This document shows positions 1-13,700 of a stretch of 64,000 bases of DNA, one piece after another. A program made the position numbers and the translations under genes. Every line of letters starts with the position of its first letter. Positions within the stretch are counted from its first letter, which is position 1. This stretch comes from Octopus vulgaris (taxonomy: Eukaryota): the NCBI GenBank assembly GCA_951406725.2, contig OX597817.1, forward strand, positions 64,728,001 through 64,792,000. The letters are read 5' to 3'. The notes under the pieces were generated by a model. It was not told where the DNA came from. It made no database searches and was given only the letters and a program-made list of their open reading frames with translations.

Positions 1-2414
1 TACTCAGCTGCCAATGGCCAAATGTACGACTGAATTGTTGATGAATTTAGATGTGAATTTGTTGGCTAAAACTATTTGGCTTGCATGCATCTGTTAGTTG
101 TTTTGTTTTGTTTTTTTCCTCCTGCTTTTGTTGGTAATTTGCTATTTGCTTTTGCTACTTAGGCTTAAATTTGGGCATGAAGCAAATAATTACTTACTTC
201 ATATGCCTTTATTTAACAGCTCTTAGGCCATCCTAACTATGTTTTACTCTACAGTTAGAAGTGGATGTATTTGTCAAGTTAGATCTTTTTCTTCAATATA
301 CAAAATTTTCTGCTAGTTTAAAACTATAAGTTGAAAGCTTTATGTGTATTAATTTGTTAATTGTAGGTAATTAAGAAAACTCCAGATTTCAAATGCAGGT
401 TTTAGTTTGACTAGTTTTTTCTTTACATATCAGTTGTTAAATTGTTACCAGGATTTTGGAAGACTCTGTTTTTTTAAAATAATATTTGTGGATATAACCA
501 TTTAAATTAAATGGTTAATATTTAATATCAATTAAGCAAGGACTCTGGATAATAAAATCAGTAGAGTAAAAATGCTTGTGGAAATTTAGTTACTGGTCTG
601 TATGTTCTGAATTTAAGTACCACTACCTTTTTATTTTTCTCATGTTGATAAAATATGAAGGTTAATTAAATTGCCTGTACTTTTACTCAAAATCTGTGGC
701 TTTATGTCAGTACAGGAAATTAGTACTAATTTAACATTATTAGTGAGGATCATTTGTCGAGTTTTATGTTTAAATATAATCCATTTTAATATTTTTTAAT
801 ATTAAGCTATATATTTATCACAATTAAATTATTGATAATTTAAATTTAGTTTGAGGTAAATTAGCGTTTTGTTTAATCTTCCTTGTACTTAATTTGCTTT
901 TATTCTTCAGCTATTTAAGATGGTTGTGGGTTTAAACACTTATAAATACTCCTTAAAATATGCATTTCATTCACAGAGAAAAATATTTTAAAATAATAAT
1001 TAGTATATAATCTGAAGTATACTGATTAGTTGGTGGAAAACCATTGAAAATAATCCAATAATCAGTTCAGTATGGCACAATGGTCTATGAATCTAGTGCA
1101 TTATATTTGAAATCCCAATGTACATTTCTTCATCAGTGATAATGATATATTTTTCCTCAATACCTTCCTATTTAATATACTGTGAGCAATATTCATATAC
1201 ACTAATGATGCTGATATGTTAGCTTCTTCACCAAGCAAAAATACTTTTAGGTTTGAATATAAAACTGTAGGAAATGTTTTCTGTTTCACTATCTTCAACT
1301 TACTTCACATACAAAATGTATAAAAGAAACACAGAATGAGCAATCTGTATATATATATATAGAAAGAGGTGGGGATTAGATTTGGTTAGGATTAGAGAAT
1401 ATATAAGATGTTACATTAGATATATTGTCAAATTGTTATATACAATGCCTTGTATTGTTTACACTAAATTCTTTAATCTATGATACATAAGAAGCATTTC
1501 ATAACAATGAATAAAAGCTATACTCAATTGTAAAATATTTGGTTGGTTACAAGGTGTTTAGAAGTAAACTTTTATTTTGAGAATATTAATCTCATTTAAA
1601 CAACAAAAAGATTAAAAACCTGTGGAATATTTTCTTTTTTTCGTTTTTTTTTTTTTATTTACTTATAGTTTTATATCAAATTATTATTACTTTAAACATG
1701 TGTCCTCAGTTTTTAGTTTAATTATTATCTGTTATATTTTTATAAGTTTAGATACTTTGGTTATCAATTCTGTTTGTTTTACTCTGGATTAGAGTTTTAA
1801 ATTATTTTTTAATGGCCAAATGAAATACATGGTAGCACATGGTTAGTCTCTGCTGTGTGCTCTCTGTGAAAGTCATGTTCTGGCAATAATGTTAATACAT
1901 TTTGAAAAACAAAAAGAAAAAAGTTGTAATTGTCATTTACTGATGCTTTTGTAAATGTATAATTATCACTACTCATAATTGTAAGCTGTTAGAGGCAGAA
2001 CTTCTCTTTTAAAATACTTTATAAATTCATCAGCAATTCTTACATTTTACTTGAGTGTGACAAAGAGAGAGAGTGAGAGAGAGAACCAAAAACGGCTGCG
2101 TGTTTCCTGAACCAGATCAGTTGTAGAGCACTTTGACAAAGCCTTATCAAGCTTTTCCATGACTTTTTTTATTATTATTACTCTTGCTAACTGCACTGCT
2201 GCACATTTGCTATAATATTGCAACTCTGTCATTTTGGCTCTATTGGTCTGCGTCTCAGAAATCACAGATCAGCTGAAGCCTTCTGCTAATCTAATGGAAA
2301 CTTTTTCTAACCAGCTTTCTCTTTCTAATCTTGTAGGGACAACTCTTCAACTGCCTACCCAGAGAGCTTTGGTTGCTTTTGTGTAAATGTTCAATATTTT
2401 CTGTGAATATGTAT

Positions 2415-2445
<31 letters not shown>

Positions 2446-3242
2446 CATACATATGATGTACTTATAACCCAAACATATTTGTTTCTGTGTGTATAATGCA
2501 ATTTTTTTCACATTTGATAATAACTTTTCATGTCTTTGATATGGTGTAAGTTTCAGCTTCGTTTTTCTTTATTTAATACTACTTAATGTACCATGCTGTA
2601 TGTAGATTGGTCAAGGCAATAATTAGTGAAATACTTGTATTAACCTTTGACTTTCTTTTACTTTAAACTTCTATCTCGCCCACATTTAATTGTAATCAAA
2701 TTGCTCAGGAGGGTGAAGATCTACCTCTAAAGCATGTTTTATTGGATTTGAAGTCTGTGACAGCACACAGTGCAATTAATTTGCAACTACTTTTCCACAT
2801 TTCTTCTAAATGCATCATGTCTCTAATAGTGTCATCTAAATCCTTAGCAAAACAATTTGAGGATCATTAAATCTAAATCCCTTTCTATAACCAGTAATAA
2901 TTATTATTGGTTCCTATTATAATCAGTAGAGTTAAAATAGATATTGGAAAGCAGTGTGCAGAATATGAGGTGAAGATTGTAATGTATTCAAGTATACACA
3001 TACTTAAGTATATTTGAATACATCAAAAGTAGTTAACCACTGAGAGAGAGAGTGTGTGTGTGTGTGTGTGTGTGCGCGCACACGCATATGTGTAAGAGAG
3101 TAGATAATTTGTTCAGTCTTAGCACGGGCAAATATAGATTTATGGAAAATAAGGTTATATGAAGGTAATTAGTGAATATATTGAACAGAGCAAGCTGTAA
3201 ATAAAAATTCTATAGATAAGGTTAATAGTACAGTCAATAGAT

Positions 3243-3405
3243 TGCAGACATGGTTGTATGGTTAAAGGTTCGTTTTCTAACCATGTGTTTCAGGTTTTAG
3301 CCCCACTGCACAGAACCTTGAGCAAGGTCATTTTCTACAGTCCCAGGCCAACTAAAGACTTTGGCTATAGTATTTGGTAACAGTAACTGAAAGAATCCCA
3401 TCGTG
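3243..3405 (+). mobile_element. tRNA-derived SINE (degenerate)
   Basis: gcagacatggttgtatggttaa...ccccactgca...aactgaaagaatcccatcg, same family as 17678 and 28306. Confidence 0.7.
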
Positions 3406-5554
3406 CATATTTATGTGTGTGTGTGCCTTTGTGTGGAGGTAGGAGTAGTGTTGTTGTCACTTCTATCAACATATCATCCACTCACTTTCACCTTCAAAGA
3501 CATGTGAAATAAGAAATCCTTTCCTTGAAAAAACAGGTATGGGTTAGTAACAGGAACAGAGAGGCTTGCCTTGCAACCGCTGTGTGGTACCTTGGGAAAA
3601 TGTTCTACCATAACAAACAAACCAATGGCTTATGTGTGACACATGCACAGGTTATGCAAAAAAGAATGTATACATATTTCATTCTCAAAATTTAATAGAA
3701 TCTACAGGTTGAATTTCGTTCGTTTTATGAACACCTATTTTCAAACTGATTCTGGTCCAGGCACTACTGATAACGCAAAGTAATGGAATCGCAATTATCA
3801 AGAAACATTTTGTTCAGTACTTGTGTACATTATTGTTCAATGGCTGCCTTCAATTTGTTGACTGTTGCCAGTTTTGTATTGCAAACTTTATTTTTTAAAA
3901 GTACTGTTGAATGTTTGGCATTACAAAGTGTTCTGCATGCATTTTATGATAGCACCAATACTAGAGAGGTTATCAAGTCCTGACAAGACCATACTAATGT
4001 GTTTCTTGGCCATATGTTCTTTGTTCAGACGCTCGTAACATTACTGAGTGTGTTGGGTGCATTTTATTATAACACCAACACTAGTGAGGTTGCCTCGTAT
4101 ATCGAAGACAAAAGAGGCAATGTGATCAATAGAGTTGAAGAAGATAGGGTGATTACAAATGATGAAGTGGGGTAAGTATGAGAAAGAAGCAAGAGTGTGT
4201 TAAGGAAACAGAGTGATAGAGGTGATAAAGTTTTATCTTTCCTTGATATTTTTATGTTTCCATTCTTTCTCCTCTCATTTGTACATTAATATTTGCTGTT
4301 TCTCATTGTTTGATTATTGCATACATGCATGCATACATACAGTCACATATGCATGCATGTATATGTGTCTATCAAATTATGCATATTTCATAAGTTACTA
4401 ATACACTTTAACATTATTTTTATATTTCACCATTTCTGCACTATTTATTGAAAGATATAGCTTATAACATTTAGTCAAATCTACCTGGATGATTACAAGC
4501 ACTATTCCATACTTCACAGTTGGTTGGTTGGTTGGCTATTAAAAAAAAAATATGTGTTTAGGACATTTGTGATCTATTGTAGTGTTGGTTATTTTTATAA
4601 TTGTCTTATATTATTTTGCTAATTACTAACAGCAAAATTATACTTGCTTCCTATTTCTTACAAAAGGTGGATGGAATGGCTTCATTAAGCAACAACTTCT
4701 GAAGTTAGGAAATATGTCTATGGTTAGATACTGAATCCTTGAGGTTATGGGTTGCAAAATTTTTACACTTTGTATACTATAACCAATTTCAGCATCAATA
4801 AAAATCAACTCTTTTATTATTATCTCGTTTGAAACAAGTAAAACTATATTCATTGAAACAACAGCTTTTGTCAACCTGTTTGTGACTTTGTTACTTCTCT
4901 TTGACAAATATCCAAATATTGTAAATACCCTATATCATTTGTAGAAGTGGTTTTAGAGAAATTCTTTTATAAAGTTAACAAGCCTTTTACAGGATGCATT
5001 GCCTACAGTTCAGGTGGTAGAGTTGATTATGAGTTTATGGATGGCCATAGTCCTTTGTTATTGCTTTTGGGAAATTAACTTCAGTTCAGGCTAAAACTTT
5101 TTGTGTGTGTGTGTCAAAAATGTTAAATATCTGTAGAGAAGGTTCTGCATAACCCAATAGTATTATCAACAGTATCATTTCATCAAATGCCTAAATGGAA
5201 ATTTCTTTAGGGCACTGCAAATGAGTGAAATCAATGGTGGTTTGTTGGGATTTGTTTATGATTCATGAAGGTATTATGAAAATGCAAAGTATTAAATCAT
5301 ACTCCAAACTATCTCAAAAACCTAGATCTATAAATGGAATCAAACTTAATATATTGGGAAAACAATTGTAAATATTATATTGGAGTAACTATAGAAGCTA
5401 TGTCATAACTGCAGATTTCATTGTCTGTAGAATATTTGATTCTGTCATCTCAGAATATCACCACTATTTTTGACTCTTCAAATTGAATTACTTCCATGTT
5501 TGACTGTCCTTATTCAAAATTTAATAATGTGTTTTTTCATATTTTACTTGTTTC

Positions 5555-5715
5555 ACTCATTGGAATGCAACCGTGCTTGAGCAGCACCTTGAAGGGTTTT
5601 AGTCAAATAAATCAACCCCAGTACTTATTTTCTAAGCATGGTCCTTATTCTGTCAGTCATTTTGCTGAACCACTAAGTTACAAGGACATTAACAAACACA
5701 GACACAAGCACACAG
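5555..5715 (-). mobile_element. SINE 3' part in reverse orientation
   Basis: cccagtacttat...tttgctgaaccactaagttac...aacaaacac; same segment at 46750-46855 and 48290-48455, and reverse-complemented at 18150-18230. Confidence 0.65.
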
Positions 5716-6259
5716 ATACACTTGCAAAGAGAAAGTGGGAGAAATTATGTTGATAGCATGAATGATCCGTTTTATAGAAATACTTTCAGTTTAGTCTTCC
5801 TCAAATCACTCTGTCGCTATTTACTCTCTTCCAAGAACATTTTCACTCACTCTTATCTCTTAGCTTGCCATACATTTTACTCATGTATCTATCAGCGTGA
5901 TAGACAGAAACAAATATTACATCGCCATCGCATTCTATTGTCTACCTGTCAACACACACACAGTGAATTACTTTCAGTTTATTCATTGCACACTGTGTGT
6001 GTGCGTGTGGTGTAAACCACATTAAGAAAAGCATTTGACATACACACCAGAATGTGAGTTTTCTGTAAATTTTGCTTAATTGGAGTTAAAATTTTAAAAA
6101 CTGGACCTGGCATGACCCGATGCATTCTACTCTTAAAAATGCTAGGTAAATTGTAATTGAAGAAATCCTATATTGTAGATTTCTATAACTGACAAAGGGA
6201 GGCAGATAAAATCTGCCTTTTATAATAAGAGATATATATATGAGATAGGATTCATTTGG

Positions 6260-6385
6260 ACTCCATTTGCAAGACTTTGGTTGACCCGGGGCTATAGTAG
6301 TAGACACTAACCCAAGGTGCCACACAGTGAGACTGAATCTGGAACCACTTGGTTGGAAAACAAACTTCTTATCATACAGCCATGC
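6260..6385 (-). mobile_element. tRNA-derived SINE head (reverse)
   Basis: Reverse complement of gcatggctgtatgataagaag...ttcagtctcactgtgtggcaccttggg. Confidence 0.75.
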
Positions 6386-7039
6386 TGTATTTGACAAGCC
6401 TTCAAAATGTCAAGTATTCACTGACTCCAACTTCATCAAAATTACAACTGGCTAGCTTATACCATCAACAAAGCCTTGGCATTGTTTATCACTTGATATT
6501 GTAATATTAAAATAGACAACTCCTATATTTAACAGTATTGTATATTTAACATTAAGAAAAGCAACTTCTCATTCTATCATTCATATACCTCTCCTCATTA
6601 TTCACCTTTGTTAAGTGCTCTAAGCTCTGTTGATGATTTATTGTTGAAAAAGAAAATAACTCATTAGTTTCAAATTGCTGATGATTGAAATATACCCTTA
6701 CCACCACTTCCTAATTCATTTTGTAATGGGAAGACTAATACAGTTCCAACAAGCCAGTTATCTCAAGCTTCTGAATCAAAATAACTCTGATGAAAACTGC
6801 AAACCTTTGGGTATATTATCTCTCTTAAACAAATGATAAAAGATAACATAATTTTGGAAACTGATCATGAGGACATATGAATTCATCACAATTACAACAA
6901 ACAATCCTAAGAGATTAAGAAAAGCAACATAAATGACTGCTTCTTGTCATATATTACATTGCTAATTACAATGTTCTTCCTTTGTTGTTCAGTTAATGTA
7001 GTATTAGATATTCCACAATTGTCTTGTTTCGTCCTAGAC

Positions 7040-7215
7040 CAGCCCAGTTTGAGTAGACTTGCAATCAAATGCGTTCCTGCTATGACCATCCTGCCTTTTT
7101 TATGTGCAGGATACTTCAATAACATGCTCTGTTTCAAGAAGAGATGGTCTGATTGAAAGGAATTTGATGCTATTCATAGCAGGCCAAGTCATCATACAGA
7201 GACTCCCTCATTAGC
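7040..7215 (+). repeat. Dispersed repeat family (also about 9880-10000, 21020-21160, 38840-39010, 40915-41040)
   Basis: Shared core gatcaaaggcattccagccatgaccatcctgcc...gatttggctgctatttctagcagg in diverged copies. Confidence 0.6.
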
Positions 7216-7673
7216 TTATATAATTATTTTAATTACTTAATTCTAGACTCACATGAGATCACAAGAGTCTTTTGGGATATGTATACTCACTGCCTATTAT
7301 AAAAGGTGGATGGAATCATTTCATCAGTCAACAATTTCTGAGGTAAGAAATACATCTAGGGTTGAATATTGACTCCTGAAATTATGGATTACAATACTCA
7401 AGCAATATGCAGATTTGCTTAGACTATCCCACCTAAGCTAGAATAAAAAAAAAAAAAAAACCGTAAAATATGCTTTTGTCTGCATATAATCTCACTTGCA
7501 TGTAAGCCCTACATGATTCCCTTAAGTTTCCCCTCTATGTTTTCATTTAGCATTTGATCTTAGATTTTATACATTGTTTTCATGCTTTCTCTTTTGATAG
7601 CTTACATCTTGATCTGGTCATAACTGTGAATATTCAATAATTTCATATCTGTTTTTCTCTCTAATGTGTTCAG

Positions 7674-7752
7674 GTCAGGTTATCAAGAATATACTCCTAA
7701 CGCTATGTACTCTTCTGTTGGTGGAACATACTATCAAACTACTGGTAGCCAG
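7674..7752 (+). CDS. RFX3: RFX exon ([26 protein letters not shown]), N-terminal region
   Basis: ttcag acceptor, AG|gtaaga donor, open frame, phase 0 end. Resembles RFX3 YPYTETQMYSQNTGGNYFDTQGSSAQ. Confidence 0.8.
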
Positions 7753-10700
7753 GTAAGATAAAATTGTGTTACATTTCAAAAAGTTGTCCCAATATCACTA
7801 TTTGTTTCAGCTTCTCTACTTTTGTGTAAGAGTATACAAATCAACTGATACTTCATTGAAAATACTGTCTCATATATGTGTGTACTGTTTGTTATTCAGA
7901 CTATTTTGAACCTACTAACGTTTTACCCACTACTGAGTCTGGCGTTCTAACCACTGGCCTAATTGTCCTGGAGAACTATTAGTGTTGTCTTCAAGCTTAA
8001 TTATTTGTGTTTGTAATTTTTGTTATACCTGTATTTTTGTAAAATGTATTTAAACTTACGTTTTTAGCATATTGCTATTGACAGGACATCCAAATGAGGA
8101 AAATAAATAAACATAATTATATTAACATATCCCAGATTGTCTAGCTGGTGAAACTTGGAGTAATACCCTTGTCCAGGACTATTATTTATTTATCTTGTTA
8201 GCTTGGTTTGGAGAAATGGGTTGTGCCCCTGGCCTTGTCAGGTCTTTTGATACCAATACACTTGCAGTTATTGATGTTCTTTAGCTGCATGTAAACAACA
8301 AGCATATGGAGGGCTGATAATCTGCTGTGGGAAGAATTAGACATATAGTTAGTGTAGGACTGGGGACTCAACACAGTATGCATACCAAACGAATTTTTGT
8401 TTAGAAGTGGCACAACACTGAAGAACAGAGATTACTGTAGTAGCCGTAGAAAAGATAATGAAGAGAAGGTGTGTGTCAAAGATTGGAATATTGGAATGCC
8501 TTGATGAGTAGTTTGAAACCAGTCAGTCTGGATTTTTTCCTGGGGTGCTGTCTAAAGTTCATATGAGGAGCTGCAGCATTGCCCCAGATATGAGAGCTGC
8601 TCTCTATTGTAGGTCACACTTCAGCTTCAAAAAGACCAGTTGTTGAGAACTAAAATATTTTATGGCTCTAAAGAGAAAGGCCAGTCTTTGGGGTCCAGTT
8701 TTTGCTATGTAAATATGTGAGATATCCAATAAAAGTGATCCAAGAGATGGATAGAGTCCACAGTCAGGCAATTTATGCATGAGAATATTTTGCCAATATT
8801 AAGCACAGCATTATTTTAAGTACAAAAATTCACTGGTAAGTAACAATGGGAGACCAGGTCTCTGGTAATCTTTGAGAAGGAAGTGGGTTTCAGTATATTG
8901 GAGTTGGTTGTTCATGACTATCTCCATTGCCTTTGAGAAGTAAAAAAGGTTACCTTTCTTGAGAATGAGGAGATTGGTTAAACCTGTAATATTGTAATCC
9001 ATCAGACACAGTCTGGATTTTTTTTTTTATTACATATCAGTAAAGTACAAAAGAAAATAAATTGGTACATTATTTCTATATAAAACCATTCTTATTTAAT
9101 TGAGATACATGGTATTCTATCATATAGTATTGGTAAAGTTAATGTCTACTTTTCCATGCTTGCATTGATCAGGCAGTTTGTTGAAGTAGATTTTCTATGA
9201 CCAAATCCCCACCCCCTCTAATCTGTTTCCAAAGCAAGGCAATATTTTGTTCTTGGCCATTTTTTTTTTTTTTTTTTTCAGAAGATTGGAAACAAGTAAT
9301 ATCGCTTATGTGATAGTACTATTTGTTTACAGTCATCACATAATATATATATGCACATCTGACTTCTGTTTCTGTCTGCCAAATCTACCCACAAAACTTT
9401 AGTTGTCCTGAGGTTAAGAGTATGACTGAACCTGAAACCACATGGCTAAGAAGCAAGGTTCTTAACTTCTAGTATACCACAAGAAAGTTTATTTGACATT
9501 ATAGTGTTTGAGTGGATGTTGTTATATAGATAAAGACTAATCCTTTAACTGTTATATCACAATATTTTCTCTTTCACACTGTTCTACTCGATTTTCATTC
9601 AAATGAAAAACTCACTAACTAGTGAATTTTCTAGTCGTTAGTATGATATTTAAAATACAAAAAAAAAAAGGTAAAAAGAGTTTTCCTCGCTTTTCACATA
9701 GATTAATTAGCACTCTGTACCAAAATAACCAGTTACTCAAATGAAATGGAAGTGGTTATTTGGTTCTAGTTACAGCACAAGATGCCTGTAGTATAGTTCA
9801 AACGTATGGGTTTTATGAGTAGTAGTTCAGGCTCACTATCACTCAGACACTGCATTTCTTGATCAAAATCCTAAAGAATATTGTTTAATGCCAGGGCAGA
9901 CTTGATTTAGTATTCTAAAGATCAAAAGCATTTCATTACATTATCCAAAATGTCCTTTCTTTTTAAGACTCTAGGGCATCATTTGAGAGGGTTTAGCTTC
10001 CTCATTATTTTATAAAGATATTTGTGTGCATGTGTGAAAATCAGCTATTAATATTTCATCTCTTTGTTATAAAACTTATTTCCAGTAGGATTAATGAAGA
10101 CTTTTCAGACTTCATCTAAACATTTTCATGTTGATATACATGTAATACAAATTGATTTTTTAAAGAAACACTAAACCCCTAGCAATAATAGAGTGATTCA
10201 GATAGAGTAAGTGTTCTGTTTACAGGCACCGGCATCAAACTCCAATCTGTGTGGTTATGAAACAATTGTCTTAACCACACTATAATTCCTACAACTTGTC
10301 AACCTAGTTACTCATATTTTGTTTTCCTCTGTAGTTACATTTTGATGTTTTGTGTTTTTCATTGGATTTCATTTTAAGAAATGAACATTCTTTAATAAGG
10401 AAAAAGGAAACAAATTCACTTTTCATTACTGATCATCCACATCAATGACATTTTCTGTTTTCTTAGATGGCCACGAATATTGCCCATGTCCAGAGTATCC
10501 AAGGGCAAATCATAACTCAACATGCAGGCACCTATGTCATTCAGAGTAGTACGATGGATGGTGAAGGGGCTCCCCTCAGTCACACTACGAGAGCATCCCC
10601 AGCCACAGTAAGTTTTGCTGTTAGTATTCCGTTTGATTTCTAAGGTCTGCTTTCTCACTTTCCCTATATGTCTTAGGAAGAGCACCTGCACATTTCTTGG

Positions 10701-13700
10701 TATGTCATACTAAATTTTTCTGGGGTTTTTTTTCCCCGTGCTTCTCCTATCTTCTGCTCCACAGGTTATTTTCTCTATTTCCAATACCTGTCATTTACAA
10801 AGTGATTAAACTTTCAGGATTAGGATAAAAAGACTTTCCAAATTTGCACATGCTTGTTTTAAGTGTAGATTTGGAAAGAGTTGAGTTTTCATATGAGAAT
10901 AAGTTTGGTTGGCTGCTCTATAATCTGTAATGTGTAAAATATGTGATATTTATCATAGCTATTTTTGTGAAATACAATTATCTTTAAATTTGTCTGTTCG
11001 TTGATAATAGATTAAGCCTATTGTACTTATGCAGGTGCAGTGGCTCCTAGACAACTATGAGACTGCTGAAGGTGTTAGTCTACCTCGGAGTACTTTATAC
11101 AATCATTATTTGCGCCACTGTCAGGAACAAAACTTGGACCCCATGAATCCAGCCTCCTTTGGCAAATTAATACGTTCTGTCTTCATTGGTTTGAGAACTA
11201 GACGCTTAGGAACACGGTGAGTCCATTATCTTGATTGTATACAGAGTTGTCTTTTAAAAAAATTCTTAAATTGAGTTTTTGTATTGTACTTTAACAGAAA
11301 TTATTCCAAAAGATAGAATTCCTTTCTTTTAACAAGAATCGTTTTATTTTCATGGATATTAGTTAAATATATTGATCAATCAGGCTTCAGCTTTATGACT
11401 GTGCATGTGCTAGAGAGAGAGAGAGAGAGAGAGAGTCTTGTATATTAAGTATTTGTTGGGTCAGTTGCTGAGTGTTTCTTGTTTAAATCTAACCCACAAG
11501 TAAGTTAGTGAAACATTAGAAAGGTACTCCACAAGAACAATACACCAAATATGCCATAGTTTGCAGTATAGCAGTGAGGAGACTTTGCATAGTTTCTATC
11601 CAGATCATGTTAGTATGTTTAGAAATTCTATTGTTTATTGGAATAAAGGTAACCAAAGTGGACTAAGTTGATATATGATAACGTGTCAGAAATTTTATTG
11701 AGGTTTAGCATCAAACTGGGGATGTGTTGCTATGATTATTTTGTGGTATTCCTATTTGAGTATGAATGTAAAATATAGGAGCATATTTGAGGATAGTTTT
11801 GAGAAAGAAATGGTAATTTATATGACCTAAGATCTGATGCAAATCTTCAGACTTTGTATTCAGCTGCCTTGGTTCTGTGTTATACCACAGTTAAGTACAT
11901 GAACCAAGTATGGAAAAAATTCAATTCATACTAAAAAGTTAGATCCAGCTGTTGGCACATCTTGATTGATTACAGGCTGCATTAGTCTAACAAATACCAA
12001 CAGCCTCCAAATTCTTGCATGCATAGCCCTACCAGTTTGAAAGAATGTCTACAGCATCAAATAAATGAACAGCTGTCTGTATTCAAATATGCACCAGTTC
12101 AGAGTTATCTAAAGTCATGGAAAAGATTTCTTAAATGTGCCACTCCCTTCTAGGTTAACACTACAGCAAACGAGGTAATAACAACTCTGTGGGAAGACGG
12201 AAACAACAGTTTTCCACCCTCAACAATAAATGGAAATGGTAGCTAGTGAGCACCATTTGTGTTCACTTGAAATTGTGAATGCAAACTGGGGAAAGTGAAA
12301 TTGTCTGAAGTGACTGAGAATTGGATTTGGTAGAGTCCGTGTGACAAAGCACAGAGAAGTATAGAATAGTTGTTGCAATGCACTTTTGTTGACCTTCCAA
12401 ATGTACATTGAAGATGAAGAAATGTGTTTAGCTGAACAACATTTAACTGAATGTGAAGTGGGCTTCATAAGGAAAAAATGTCAGTATTATGAAAAGCTCT
12501 ATGACCCTTTAGCATTCTTTAATTCATAAAAGAAGGTACTTGTAATTACACTAGTGTCTTTGGTGGAAAACTCATTTAGTCTGGAAAATTAAATCTAATT
12601 GATTCTTCTCAACAGGTGATTTGGAAAAAAAAACACTAAATTATATAATATTCTAGTCTTTATACTTTTGCTTTAGTATTTTTGTTAATTTGATAAAGGG
12701 TGCAAAAATGACTTAGGGTTAAGGGGATATGGAGAGTGGATAAGGTTGGTGCAGTTAATGTTTAAGTTATAGGTTTCAGAGGAAACATAGGCTGGAAGTA
12801 AGTTTCATGCTTTGAGTTCTTTTAATTCCATAATGTTTAACAAAATCTGAAGTAAAATATTGTATTCATTAATGCTGAAGTAATATACTGAATAAATTTA
12901 CTTATATATATAATCTTAATATTTTATTTATTTATGATATTTCTTTAAAGTGGCAACTCCAAGTACCACTATTATGGTATCCGCATCAAGGCCAACTCTC
13001 CTCTCAACCAGTTCACTGATGAACAAACAATGGCCCTCCGACAACAGCCAATATATCATGGTAAAAAGTGAGTAAATTTCTTCAATTAACCCTTCTCTTA
13101 TTGGCTTACTAGAGAAACCCCAGTCCCATATTACCAACTCCCTAAACCCATCTAAATTACAAGTAAACTTGTGATCTTATAGGTTGTCACTCAAACTGCT
13201 AGAAATAGTGGCCTTTTGGCAGTATATTGTTATAAAAATATATGATTGCTCAACAATTATTCTATTTAGCATTAGTGACTAGATTTTTTGTTTCAATTAA
13301 CCAATTATTGGGATGGCATTTTTACCAAGTCTTAGATAATGCTACATTTAATTCATTGTTGTTATATTATTTTTCCCCACATAAAAAGCACCATCCGAAC
13401 GTGGCCGATGCCAGCACCGCCTCGACTGGCTTCTGTGCCGGTGGCACATAAAAAGCACCAACCGATCGTGGCCGATGCCAGACCCCTCTGGCACCTGTGC
13501 AGGTGGCATGTAAAAAGCACCCACTACACTCACGGAGTGGTTGGCGTTAGGAAGGGCATCCAGCTGTAGAAACACTGCCAGGTCAGACTGGGGCCTGGAG
13601 CAGCCCCTGGCTCCCCAGACCCCGGTCGAACCGTCCAACCCGTGCTAGCGCGGAAAACGGACGTTAAACGATGATGATGACACATATTAAAATATGAATA

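Noticed and set aside
1095-1142. Minus-strand CUGAUGA followed by a GAAAU/AUUUC hairpin
   Set aside because: No GAAA and no convincing stem I or III; too weak to call an HHR.
4993-5013. Possible RFX micro-exon (DALPTVQ)
   Set aside because: Weak donor and wrong phase for the next exon, which needs phase 2.
13242-13638. GC-richer overlapping ORFs
   Set aside because: They lie within a SINE/RTE-tail repeat found many times in the window.
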